This document shows, in pieces, positions 38,124-47,551 of a stretch of DNA of 64,000 nucleotides. A program made the translations under genes and the position numbers. Origin of the DNA: an uncultured Chloroflexia bacterium (GTDB lineage Bacteria; Chloroflexota; Limnocylindria; QHBO01); NCBI GenBank assembly GCA_963825525.1, contig CAWGTN010000002.1, forward strand, positions 1,888,001-1,952,000. Reading direction: 5' to 3'. Position 1 is the stretch's first letter; each line of letters starts with the position of its first letter. A model generated the notes under the pieces. That model saw only the letters and a list, made by a program, of their open reading frames with translations, was not told the origin of the DNA and ran no database searches.

Positions 38124-38909
38124 CTACAGCCCCGCGATGAGCCCCCCGTCGACGGCCACGAACTGCCCGGTGATGTACGACGCGCGATCCGAGGCGAGGA
38201 AGGCGACGAGAGCACCGAGCTCATTCGGCTCGCCGTAGCGCCGCGATGGAATGGTCGCGATGTGGGCGGCTCGCACCGCCTCCTCGGTCGCCCCCTCGCG
38301 TTCCGCTCGGCCCGCGTCGAGCTGGTGGACGCGGGGCGTGGCGATCCGGCCCGGCATCACGCCGTTGATGGTGACCGACTCTGCGGCCACGGCGCGGGAC
38401 GTCGTCTTGAGCCATGCGGCCAGGGCGGATCGGCCTGCATTGGAGTAGACGAGCTCGGGGATCGGCTGACGGATGCCGCTCGACAGGATGGCCACGATCC
38501 GTCCCCACCTACGCTCCCGCATGCCGGGCAGGAGGCGCGTCGCCAGGTCGATCGGCGTGCCGGCCAGCAGCTGGAATGAGCGCTGCCAGCCCGCGGCGTC
38601 GGTTGCCGTCGGGTCGATCGTCGGCGGTCCGCCGGCGTTGGAGACGAGGATGTCGATCGGCCGGAATGCGGCGGCTGCCTCGGCGATCGTGCGAGCGGCG
38701 GCCGGGTCGTAGGCATCGGCCGCGGCGGTCGCGACCTGCACCCCGTGGGTGGACCGCAGCCCTTCGGCGGTCTCGGCCAGCGCATCCGCGTCGCGCGACC
38801 AGATGAGGAGGTCGCAGCCTTCTGCAGCCAGCGCCTCGGCCGACGCACGTCCCAGCCCCGACGTCGCCCCGCCGACGACGGCCGCGCGTCCCGCAATTCC
38901 GAGGTCCAT
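38124..38909 (-). CDS. SDR family oxidoreductase
   Basis: GGATSGLG, NAGGP, YSNAGR, ASYITG..VDGG. Confidence 0.85.
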   Translation of the reverse strand: MDLGIAGRAAVVGGATSGLGRASAEALAAEGCDLLIWSRDADALAETAEGLRSTHGVQVATAAADAYDPAAARTIAEAAAAFRPIDILVSNAGGPPTIDPTATDAAGWQRSFQLLAGTPIDLATRLLPGMRERRWGRIVAILSSGIRQPIPELVYSNAGRSALAAWLKTTSRAVAAESVTINGVMPGRIATPRVHQLDAGRAEREGATEEAVRAAHIATIPSRRYGEPNELGALVAFLASDRASYITGQFVAVDGGLIAGL

Positions 38910-38912
38910 CAG

Positions 38913-40034
38913 TCAGTCGTGCTGCAGCTGCAGGGGTCGGAGCTTGCCGAGCGATTCGGCCACGACGACGGCGTCGTCGCCCTCTGCCAGCCGAAAGTCG
39001 GCCGACGGGTTCGTGAGCGAGTGGCCGTCGCGCGTCACGGCCAGCAGCGTCGCTCGATGCTCGCCGCGCAGCTTCGTCGAAAGCTCGTCGATCGTGAGCC
39101 CGACGTAGTCGGCCGGGAGGGCGACCCGATAGAGCTCCGACCCGTCGCCGCCCGAGACGAGGTCGGTCACCAGGCCCGACAGCCCCGGGTACAGGGCAGA
39201 GCGGGCGAGCAGGCGTGACGCCAGCCGCGAGGTCACGAGAATCTCGTCGGCCTCGGCGCGGCGGAAGTGATCGACATGGGCCGGGTTGTTGGCCTCGACG
39301 ACGGTCCGGACGGTCGGCGCGATCGACTCGATGGCCATCACGGCCAGGATCGAGCGCATGTCCGCCTCGTTGGTCGCATCGGCGGGGAAGACCACCGCCG
39401 AGGAGGCGTCGCGGATTCCGCAGCGCTCGAGATCGTCGGTGTTCGTGATGTCCCCGCGCACGAAGTAGACGCCGTCACCGGCCGGATTGCGGTCGCTGTC
39501 GTGGAGGAGCACGACCCTGGCGGCGAACTCGTCGCCCTTCAGCTCCTCGATGAGGTCGCGGGCGGTGGTGTTCCAGCCGCAGACGACGATGTGGTCGCGG
39601 TATCCCGCGGCGCCCATGCCCTGGCCCTCCTTGAGCAGGAAATCAATGACGAAGCCGACGACCGCCCCGGTCATGGCGGCCACGATGGCGACGCCGAAGA
39701 ACGCTAGCAGCCACCCGATGATGAAGCCTCCCGGTGAGGCCACGTAGCTCGGATCACCCGAGCCGATGACGGTGGTGATGGCCCAGTAGAACGAGCTGCC
39801 GAAGCCGGCCAGCGACTGCTTGTCGTCCTCCAGCAGGGTGACGCCGATGGCGGCCACCGCGACGAACCCGATGATCGCGGTCAGCAGGGAGGCGAAGAAG
39901 TGCCGATCCATCTGGCCGCCGATGCGTTTCGCGTGGAAGCTCATGCGCCGAAGCAGGGGAGCGGCGAACAGCGCCTGGAGCGGTCTCGGCACCCGGGCCT
40001 CCCTACAGCCATTGTCTCGGTCCGAGCGTCGCAT
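38913..40034 (-). CDS. 2-TM ion channel with RCK (TrkA-N/C) domain; start uncertain (40034, 39992 or 39944)
   Basis: TM1, pore helix FYWAITT, TM2, then HIVVCGWN RCK domain and a TrkA-C-like end. Confidence 0.78.
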   Translation of the reverse strand: MRRSDRDNGCREARVPRPLQALFAAPLLRRMSFHAKRIGGQMDRHFFASLLTAIIGFVAVAAIGVTLLEDDKQSLAGFGSSFYWAITTVIGSGDPSYVASPGGFIIGWLLAFFGVAIVAAMTGAVVGFVIDFLLKEGQGMGAAGYRDHIVVCGWNTTARDLIEELKGDEFAARVVLLHDSDRNPAGDGVYFVRGDITNTDDLERCGIRDASSAVVFPADATNEADMRSILAVMAIESIAPTVRTVVEANNPAHVDHFRRAEADEILVTSRLASRLLARSALYPGLSGLVTDLVSGGDGSELYRVALPADYVGLTIDELSTKLRGEHRATLLAVTRDGHSLTNPSADFRLAEGDDAVVVAESLGKLRPLQLQHD

Positions 40035-40337
40035 CTCGGCGCGCGCATTCTGCCACCGAGCTCCGGCTCCGCGCGCGCATTGACGGTCCTCGACCTGTCG
40101 CCGTCGTCAGGTGCTCGTTCTGGCGACGCTAGCAAAGGAATTCGCCCCAAGAGCGTCCGAAAGGCGCAGAATTACCCAGATTCCAGGGCTCACAATCCCA
40201 TGCCGAGGTGCGTAACGTCGCCACGATGAGCAGATGACGACCCAGCCCCGCCTGAGCCGCGGCCATGCGTGTGCGCGCTGCATCCGTACAGGTTGGTGGA
40301 CCCGGGGGCGCATGATTGGGTCGCACGGAGGAATGAC

Positions 40338-41090
40338 ATGACGGAACGCGCCGATCTCGGCAGGCTACGGCTCTACAACCTGGTGATGGGGGTCCTGCAC
40401 GCTGTGCAGGGGGCTGCCGTCCTGTGGCTGGCGAATGACTTCTCGCTTCCGGTGACTGCCGCTTTCATGGAGGGACCGCCGGGCAGTCCGGCCACGACGA
40501 CCGAGCTGTTCAGCCTCCCGATCGGCCCGGCGGTGGCCGCCTTCCTGTTCCTCTCCGCCATCGCCCACTTCGTCGTCGGCGGGCCGGCCTATGGCTTCTA
40601 CGCCAGGCAGCTGGGCGAGGGCCGCAACTACGCCCGCTGGATCGAGTACTCCATCAGTTCGTCACTCATGATCGTCCTGATTGCGATGATCACCGGCATC
40701 GCCGATGTCGCAGCTCTTGGCGCAATCTTCGGGGTGAACACCTCGATGATCCTCTTCGGCCTGCTGCAGGAGAAGTACGAGCGCCCCGGCCGTCCGAATT
40801 GGCTGCCGTTCATCTTCGGTTCGATTGCCGGGGCCGTGCCGTGGGTCCTCATCGGCATCTACCTGTGGAGTCCGACGACCGCTGCGGAGCCGCCCGCGTT
40901 CGTCTACGCGATCTTCGTCTCGCTCTTCCTGTTCTTCAACTCGTTCGCCCTGAACATGATCCTCCAGTACCGACAGGTCGGGCCGTGGCGGGACTACCTG
41001 TTCGGCGAGCGTGCGTACGTGCTGCTCAGCCTCACGGCGAAGTCGGCGCTGGCCTGGCAGGTGTTCGCGGGAACGCTCGTCCCGGCCTGA
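40338..41090 (+). CDS. heR: Heliorhodopsin
   Basis: Seven TM segments; N..MGVLHAVQ, SAIAHF, RWIEYSISSS (counterion Glu), YVLLSLTAKS (retinal Lys); GGAGG SD. Confidence 0.93.
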   Translation: MTERADLGRLRLYNLVMGVLHAVQGAAVLWLANDFSLPVTAAFMEGPPGSPATTTELFSLPIGPAVAAFLFLSAIAHFVVGGPAYGFYARQLGEGRNYARWIEYSISSSLMIVLIAMITGIADVAALGAIFGVNTSMILFGLLQEKYERPGRPNWLPFIFGSIAGAVPWVLIGIYLWSPTTAAEPPAFVYAIFVSLFLFFNSFALNMILQYRQVGPWRDYLFGERAYVLLSLTAKSALAWQVFAGTLVPA

Positions 41091-41168
41091 CCGCCGAGGC
41101 ACGACGAACCACTTGTCACCGGCCGGCGCCTCCGGCATGATGCCGCGGCTCTCATCCGTCGTGCCCAC

Positions 41169-43262
41169 ATGGGGGAACTCGTGCCTCGGTCACTTTCGGC
41201 CGCCCTGCCCGGCGGTCTGCTGATTCTCCTGCTCGCCGCCGCACCGGTCCTGGCGGACGCGCCACCGGCCGAAGTTTTCGTGTCGGCGGCGACCGACGCC
41301 GGACTCGTGTGCGAGGAGTACTCGACCGATTCGGACGCGACCCAGTACCTGTGCGCGTCGCCTGTCGCCAGCACCGAACGGTACTGGTACGCGAACGTGG
41401 ACGAGTTCGACCTCGGCACCAACCTGGCGGTGGGGCGCAACGTGTTCGCGGGCGGGGTTCAGCCCGCAGAGGCCGATGTCTACGCCCTGATGGTCGAGTA
41501 CGTCACGCTGGTGCTCGACGGGGAGTCCGAGACCACCGCGCTGGCGTGGCTCGCACAGATGAACGACGGCCCGCAGGTCGCAGGAAGCCTCCTCGTCGGA
41601 GGCTGGCAATTGGACTGGCGGATCGACGAATGGCAGCTTGACGAAGGCGATACAACGGGGATCACGCTCGACCTGAGCGAGCTCGGCCCTGGCTTGCCGG
41701 ATGCATCCTCGCCGGCAATCGCGCCGCCGCCAGTGCTCGTCCCGGATCCGGGCCGGCCGGGCGAAGCACAGGAGGAGTGGGTCTACGAGGGCACGTGGAC
41801 GCGCACCTCGTACGTGAACGACGGAGGGTTCGAGCCAACGGACTGGCAGGTCGGCGAATCGGCCCCGGGCTCCATCCGCGTGCAATGCCCGGTCAGCGGC
41901 GGTGACTGCGAGGTCCAAGGGCTTCGCGGCGAGGCGTTCGTCGCCGGCGGCTCTGCGCGGCGGGACGAGAACGGCGTACTCACGAGCATCCGTAGAACGG
42001 AAGAGCTCGGAAACTGCGCCGACGGGCAGTCGTGGGCAGCGACGTTGGACGTGGTCCAGAGCGGCAACGCCGCAACTGCGACGTACGCCGCGATCTTCAA
42101 CCCGCGGACCTGCGAGGACGGCTCCGGCACCCTCTGGATGAGCGACGAGACCTGGGAGTTCGCCGGGACGCTCACGAGGCATGTCGTGCCGGACCCATCC
42201 GGCGGCTCCGCCCCGTCGGCGGGCCCCGTACCCCGGCCCGTTCCCGGCACCGGCCCCGCGGCGCCCGGATCCGCAGACCTGGTTGCTCTTCCCTTTGCCG
42301 ACACGGTTCCGACGGTGGGCGAGATCAGCACCGACCCGATCGTTCTGCTGCAGAGCGCCATGCTTGCCGCGCTGCTCGTGTTCCTCATGCCGTTCCCGAG
42401 CCAGCTGTTCAACTCGACGCTCGAGACGCACGAGGACGAGGTACGGCGCTGGTTCCGTCTCGATCGGCTGGGTGCGGTGGCTGGAGGCATCGGCGCCTTC
42501 TGGGCCTCGTGGCCGGGAGTCGGAGTCTTCACCCTGCTGGCGGCACTGCTGTATGGGTTCCTCGACCCAGGCTTCGGGCTGGATGCCGGCTCGCTCGCGA
42601 CGTTCGCCGGCATGCTGCTCGGCATCGTGCTGGTGACCGCCGCCTTCGCTGCGCCGGCGGTGCTGGCCCACCGGCGCATCGGCTCGGCCTGGACGCTCAA
42701 GGTCGTCCCGCTCAGCCTGCTCATCGGTGTGGCCTGCGTCCTGCTGAGCCGGCTGACTGGTTTCCAGCCCGGCTACCTCTACGGCCTCCTCATTGGCCTC
42801 GCGTTCGCGCGGGAGCTGTCGGCCGCAGATGAAGGTCGGGCCACCGCCGTCGGCGCCGTCGCGATGCTCGGCGTCGCGCTCGTGTCGTGGCTGACGCTGG
42901 GCACGCTGCCTGCCAGCGAGTCGTTCGCCCCGGTCTTGGCGCGCACCGCCCTGGCAGCGCTCATGGTCGCCGGCCTTGAGGGCGTCGTCTTCGGCCTGCT
43001 TCCGATGAGATTTCTGCCCGGCGAGCCCCTCTACGCCTGGAACCGGGTGGTGTGGGGCGTCCTGCTCGCCATCGGTGGTTTCGCCTTCTTCCACATCCTC
43101 ATCAACCCCGCCTCGGGGTACCTTTCCGACACGAGCCGAATGCCGCTCCTCACGGTTATCGGGCTGCTCGTCGGCTTCAGCCTCGTCTCCGTTGCCTTCT
43201 GGGCCTGGTTCCGCTTTAGGGGGGAGTCCATCGAGGGCGCGGCTTCCGAATCCAGCGGCTGA
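41169..43262 (+). CDS. Large membrane protein: signal peptide, Cys-containing ectodomain, FGLLP-motif multi-TM domain
   Basis: PSQLFNSTL, FQPGYLYG and EGVVFGLLPMRFLPG in a C-terminal region of about nine TM segments. Confidence 0.7.
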   Translation: MGELVPRSLSAALPGGLLILLLAAAPVLADAPPAEVFVSAATDAGLVCEEYSTDSDATQYLCASPVASTERYWYANVDEFDLGTNLAVGRNVFAGGVQPAEADVYALMVEYVTLVLDGESETTALAWLAQMNDGPQVAGSLLVGGWQLDWRIDEWQLDEGDTTGITLDLSELGPGLPDASSPAIAPPPVLVPDPGRPGEAQEEWVYEGTWTRTSYVNDGGFEPTDWQVGESAPGSIRVQCPVSGGDCEVQGLRGEAFVAGGSARRDENGVLTSIRRTEELGNCADGQSWAATLDVVQSGNAATATYAAIFNPRTCEDGSGTLWMSDETWEFAGTLTRHVVPDPSGGSAPSAGPVPRPVPGTGPAAPGSADLVALPFADTVPTVGEISTDPIVLLQSAMLAALLVFLMPFPSQLFNSTLETHEDEVRRWFRLDRLGAVAGGIGAFWASWPGVGVFTLLAALLYGFLDPGFGLDAGSLATFAGMLLGIVLVTAAFAAPAVLAHRRIGSAWTLKVVPLSLLIGVACVLLSRLTGFQPGYLYGLLIGLAFARELSAADEGRATAVGAVAMLGVALVSWLTLGTLPASESFAPVLARTALAALMVAGLEGVVFGLLPMRFLPGEPLYAWNRVVWGVLLAIGGFAFFHILINPASGYLSDTSRMPLLTVIGLLVGFSLVSVAFWAWFRFRGESIEGAASESSG

Positions 43263-43273
43263 CCCGCGACTTG

Positions 43274-43879
43274 TCAGCGCATCGGTGCGCTGAGCTGTCC
43301 CTCCACCAGCGGCTCTCCCACGATCCCCGCCAGCCGCTCGGCAATGGCCCACCAGTCGAAATCGGCCGTCACCTCGCTGGCGGGCACGCGGAGGGATCGG
43401 CCCTCGGGGAGGTAGATCGGCAGGATGCGGTCGAGGATCGCCTCGATCTCGTCGCGGAACCCGTCACTCGTGGACCGCACGCCATCGGCCAGCAGACCGA
43501 CATCGGGAAGCAGGCGCACCGACAGGTCATAGGTGGTCGCCCATCGTCGGATCAGCGGCTCGACCGCGTACGGATCCTCGCCTCCGGTGACCCGCAGGTA
43601 GTAGGCGAAGTTGTCGACCACAGAGCGATCGGTGACGAGCACATCGGCGCGTTTGACGAGCTCGAGCTCCTGCTGGACCTGCGCCATGAGCACCCACAGC
43701 TGGGCCTCCGAGGTCGCCCCCTCGTTCAGCCCCAGCGGGTTGAATCGGACGACCTCGCGCCCCACCTCCACCGACCGGCCGGCGCGACCGATCGTAGAGG
43801 CGAAGGCGTGCACCGCGTTTGACTTCCGGACCGAATGCGAGCCGATGAAGGCGATCTTGGCGGGACGGGACCAGGGCAT
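43274..43879 (-). CDS. AAA_28/NadR-like P-loop protein
   Basis: KIAFIGSHSVRKS degenerate Walker A, VTDRSVVD, DGVRS. Confidence 0.65.
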   Translation of the reverse strand: MPWSRPAKIAFIGSHSVRKSNAVHAFASTIGRAGRSVEVGREVVRFNPLGLNEGATSEAQLWVLMAQVQQELELVKRADVLVTDRSVVDNFAYYLRVTGGEDPYAVEPLIRRWATTYDLSVRLLPDVGLLADGVRSTSDGFRDEIEAILDRILPIYLPEGRSLRVPASEVTADFDWWAIAERLAGIVGEPLVEGQLSAPMR

Positions 43880-43888
43880 GGCGGAAGC

Positions 43889-45064
43889 CTACAGGCAGGG
43901 CCCGGTGGCGACGGCGGTCGTCGACCCGATGGACGGCCCGATCCGCTCCAGGGCCTGGTCGGAGCCGATGGCGTACCCGACCTCGGCGGAAACGCGCGAG
44001 GCACCGAACACCACCCCGCCGACCATCCCCGGCTCGACCACCAGCGGTCCGCCGCTGTTGCCGCGCCGGATCTGGCTCGTCATCTCGACCACGCTCCGGT
44101 CATTGAGTCCCTGGCCGTAGATGTCCGGCCCTCCGATCCGGTAGGTCGATGTCACCGACGCCGCCGTCACCGTGAGCGGGCCGCCGCCCGGGTACCCGAG
44201 CGCGACGCCGGTGGATCCGCGCTGCGGTGCGCGTTCGAGGAGGCGCAGCGGAGGTCCGCTGACGCCCGGGACGTTGAGGAGCGCCAGGTCGGCGTCGGGG
44301 TCGAACGCGACAACGGTCGCCGCGTGCACCGATCCGCCCAGCGTGACCGTCGTGTCTGCGGCCCCGGCCACGACGTGAGCGTTCGTCACGACCGAGGTGG
44401 GCGACACGAAGAACCCACTGCCCACGGCCATGCCGCTGCCGCATCCCGTGCTCGAGATGCGAACGGTGCTCGGGAGGGCGGATTGCGCCAGGGCCGCCGC
44501 CTCGGCATCGCTCGGCAGCTCGACCGGCTCGGCGGGCCGCGGCTCGAGGCCACCGAACAGGGGCGGCAGGTCCGTGGTGTCGATGAGCGCGAGCAGCCGG
44601 CCGGCCACGATGGTCGGCGGCGGCAGCCGATCCGACACGATCCGCAGCGTGACCGAATCGTGGGCGAGGCCCGCGATCGCCGGCGCCATGCCGACCGCCA
44701 CCATGCCGCTGATGATCCAGACGAGCAGGACGACGTGTGCGGCACCGACCACCGCGCCGCCCAGCGCGTCGATCGGCCGCAGGCCGCTGCGCCGCAGGCC
44801 GATGCTCATGGTCGTGCCCGCCGCGGCCCCGGCAGCCTCGCCGACCAGCACGAATGCCGCGAAGCCGACCAGCGTGACCAGCGCCCGCATCGGCTGCTCG
44901 ATCGCCACCAGCTGGTCGCGGAACAGCGTCGCCGCCAGGAGTGCCAGCCCGAAACCCACAGCGGCGCCGATCAGCCCGAGGATCGGCCCCAGGAAGCCGG
45001 CCCGCGCTCCCGAGAACAGGCCGAGGACAAGGAGGAGGGCCACCACCGCATCGATGAGATTCAT
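43889..45064 (-). CDS. MarP-family membrane serine protease (CvpA-like TM + trypsin domain)
   Basis: MNLID N-terminal TM region; GSGF, TNAHVV, DLA, GNSGGP catalytic triad; terminal Cys. Confidence 0.88.
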   Translation of the reverse strand: MNLIDAVVALLLVLGLFSGARAGFLGPILGLIGAAVGFGLALLAATLFRDQLVAIEQPMRALVTLVGFAAFVLVGEAAGAAAGTTMSIGLRRSGLRPIDALGGAVVGAAHVVLLVWIISGMVAVGMAPAIAGLAHDSVTLRIVSDRLPPPTIVAGRLLALIDTTDLPPLFGGLEPRPAEPVELPSDAEAAALAQSALPSTVRISSTGCGSGMAVGSGFFVSPTSVVTNAHVVAGAADTTVTLGGSVHAATVVAFDPDADLALLNVPGVSGPPLRLLERAPQRGSTGVALGYPGGGPLTVTAASVTSTYRIGGPDIYGQGLNDRSVVEMTSQIRRGNSGGPLVVEPGMVGGVVFGASRVSAEVGYAIGSDQALERIGPSIGSTTAVATGPCL

Positions 45065-45083
45065 GGCGGCGAAGCCTAGCGGC

Positions 45084-45581
45084 TCACGCGGATTGGCGAC
45101 GAAATGCCAGCAGCGAGATTCCGGCGAGCGCGAGGAGGACGAGACCCGCAAAGGCAAGCGGTGATTGGTCTGACTCCTCTGCCGCCACGATACGTGCGTC
45201 CGCCGGTCGCAGTTCCGCAAGCTGCGCGTCCCAGATCTGCGACGGCGTGCAGATGTTGTCGCGCAGGGCATCGCGGTCAACAAACGGCACGACCAGGTAC
45301 GTCGCCCCCTCCGTCCATTCGCGGTCGTCCTCGACAGGCTGGCCCTCGTCCGAGAATCCGTGGATCGTGACGGTGGGGCCGACCTCGCCGGACCACACCT
45401 CGCGAACGGCGAAGGTGGCCCGGGGTCCCTGGACATCCGTGGCCTCACCGACGAAGACGAGGCTTCCGTCGGCGAGTGCATCGTCCACGCTGCGAGCCAT
45501 GTCGCAGTCCGCTGCCACCGGCACGGCCAGGGCAAGCCACGCCATGGCCAGCAGCACGGATTGGGGCAGACGGATCTTCAT
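45084..45581 (-). CDS. Exported protein with C-terminal TM anchor, TIMP/NTR-like pattern
   Basis: Signal peptide, Cys just after it, VFVG, F.VREVWSG, G.TYLV, second Cys, TM plus RR tail. Confidence 0.55.
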   Translation of the reverse strand: MKIRLPQSVLLAMAWLALAVPVAADCDMARSVDDALADGSLVFVGEATDVQGPRATFAVREVWSGEVGPTVTIHGFSDEGQPVEDDREWTEGATYLVVPFVDRDALRDNICTPSQIWDAQLAELRPADARIVAAEESDQSPLAFAGLVLLALAGISLLAFRRQSA

Positions 45582-45656
45582 GGGCACCGGTGTAGAGTAT
45601 CGGCTTCCATCCAGACGTCACTGAGAGCCGATGGGTTCTGCGGAGGGTTGAAGTAA

Positions 45657-46505
45657 ATGGCGCGAACGGTACGCGCGGCACTGCTCCAGGCGGAGTGGAC
45701 CGGCGACAAAGAGTCGATGATCGAGAAGCACGAGAAGTACGCCCGCGAGGCCGCCAAGCAGGGCGCCAAGGTGATGTGCTTCCAGGAGCTCTTCTACGGT
45801 CCCTACTTCTGCCAGGTGCAGGATCCCCAGTACTTCAGCTACACCGAGCACATCCCGGACGGCCCGACCACCAAGCGGATGCAGGAGCTGGCCAAGGAGA
45901 CCGGGATGGTCCTCATCGTCCCGATGTACGAAGAGGACGAGCACGCCCAGGGCATCTACTACAACACCGCGGCGGTGATCGACGCCGATGGCACCTACCT
46001 GGGCAAGTACCGCAAGACCCACATCCCGCAGGTCAAGGGCTTCTGGGAGAAGTTCTACTTCCGTCCCGGCAACACCGGCTATCCCGTCTTCGACACAGCG
46101 GTCGGCAAGGTCGGCGTCTACATCTGCTACGACCGCCACTTCCCCGAGGGCGCGCGGGCGTTGGGCCTGAACGGGGCCGAGATGGTCTTCATCCCGTCGG
46201 CGACGTCGCGGGGACTGAGCGAGTACCTGTGGAGGATCGAGCAGGTCAGCCACGCGGTCGCCAATGGCTATTACGTCGGGACCATCAACCGCGTCGGCAT
46301 CGAGCCACTGGGTGACAACGACTTCTATGGCCAGTCGTACTTCGTGGATCCGCGTGGCCAGTTCATCGGCGACGTGGGCGACGCGCACGACGAGGAGCTC
46401 ATCGTCCGTGACCTCGACCTCGACAAGGTGACCGAGGTCCGGCAGCTCTGGCAGTTCTACCGCGACCGCCGGCCGGACGCCTACGACGACCTCGTTCGGC
46501 CGTAG
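45657..46505 (+). CDS. Carbon-nitrogen hydrolase, beta-ureidopropionase-like
   Basis: FQELF, YRKTHIP, FWEKFYF, ICYDRHFPE (E-K-C triad). Confidence 0.85.
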   Translation: MARTVRAALLQAEWTGDKESMIEKHEKYAREAAKQGAKVMCFQELFYGPYFCQVQDPQYFSYTEHIPDGPTTKRMQELAKETGMVLIVPMYEEDEHAQGIYYNTAAVIDADGTYLGKYRKTHIPQVKGFWEKFYFRPGNTGYPVFDTAVGKVGVYICYDRHFPEGARALGLNGAEMVFIPSATSRGLSEYLWRIEQVSHAVANGYYVGTINRVGIEPLGDNDFYGQSYFVDPRGQFIGDVGDAHDEELIVRDLDLDKVTEVRQLWQFYRDRRPDAYDDLVRP

Positions 46506-46507
46506 CC

Positions 46508-47518
46508 ATGGACTTTGGCTTCACGCTCAAGCCCGAGCATCGGTTCGATCGGTCGGTCGAGCTGGCGAAGCGCGCGGAGGCAACCGGCCACACGTACGGC
46601 TGGCTGTTCGACAGCCACATCCTGTGGCGCGATCCGTATCCGCTCCTGACGCTCATGGCCCAGGCCACCGAGCGCATGCGCTTCGGGACATGCGTCACGA
46701 ATCCGGGAACGCGCGACATCACGGTGACCGCCTCGGTGCTCTCGACGCTCAACGAAATCAGCGATGGCCGCATGGAGCTGGGCATCGGGCGCGGTGACTC
46801 CGCGGTGCGCGTCGCCGGCAAGAAGCCGATGACGGTCGCCTACCTGGAGGAGGCCTGCGTCGCCATTCGCGCGCTGACCGCCGGCGATCCGGTGACGCTC
46901 GACGGCACCGAGGTCCAGATGGGCTGGGCCAACGGCAACGGCGGGCCGGTGAAGGTGTGGGTGGCAGGCTACGGGCCAAAGGCGCTCGCCGCCGCCGGGC
47001 GGGTGGCGGACGGGATCATCCTCCAGGTCGCTGATCCGGACATCATCCGCTGGTGCATGGGCTTCGTCCGCGCCGGCGCCGAGGAGGCCGGGCGAGACCC
47101 GGATGCCTTCGAGGTCATGGCGGCCGCCCCGGCCTACATCAGCGACGACGTCGACGCGGCGCGCGAGAAGGTTCGCTGGTTCCCGGCCCTGGTGAGCAAC
47201 CACGTGGTCGATCTCATCAACAAGTATCCGAAGGACGAGCTGCCGGAGGCGCTGTGGGGCTACGTCCAGGACCGAGAGGGCTACGACTACCACCACCATG
47301 CCGAGGTGGGGAGCGACAACGCTCGGTTCGTGTCGGACGAGATCACCGACAAGTTCGCGATCATCGGTCCCGCGTCGGCGCACCACGAGCGACTCGCCGA
47401 GCTCCGCGAGGCCGGCGTCACCCAGTTCAACAACTACCTGATGAACGGCGAGGAAGAGGAGCAGCTCGACCTGTACGGCGAGCAGGTCATCGACAGGCTG
47501 GCACCGGCCAGGTCCTAG
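46508..47518 (+). CDS. LLM-class F420-dependent oxidoreductase (TIGR03842-like)
   Basis: WLFDSHILW.DP, GTCVTNP, GIGRGDSA, VRWFPALVSNH, GYDYHHH; hydrolase and dihydropyrimidinase neighbours. Confidence 0.8.
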   Translation: MDFGFTLKPEHRFDRSVELAKRAEATGHTYGWLFDSHILWRDPYPLLTLMAQATERMRFGTCVTNPGTRDITVTASVLSTLNEISDGRMELGIGRGDSAVRVAGKKPMTVAYLEEACVAIRALTAGDPVTLDGTEVQMGWANGNGGPVKVWVAGYGPKALAAAGRVADGIILQVADPDIIRWCMGFVRAGAEEAGRDPDAFEVMAAAPAYISDDVDAAREKVRWFPALVSNHVVDLINKYPKDELPEALWGYVQDREGYDYHHHAEVGSDNARFVSDEITDKFAIIGPASAHHERLAELREAGVTQFNNYLMNGEEEEQLDLYGEQVIDRLAPARS

Positions 47519-47551
47519 GTCGAGGTCAGGCCTCGAAGGGGAGTGACTTGG

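Noticed and set aside
40209-40226. CRP-like box upstream of heliorhodopsin (CGTAA-CGTCG-CCACG)
   Set aside because: Spacer is 5 bp rather than 6 and the half-sites are weak; not enough to add HeR to the regulon.
40338-41090. Proton-pumping proteorhodopsin or phototrophy
   Set aside because: Motifs (RWIEYS, SLTAK) are heliorhodopsin type, not DTE/DTD with DxxxK.
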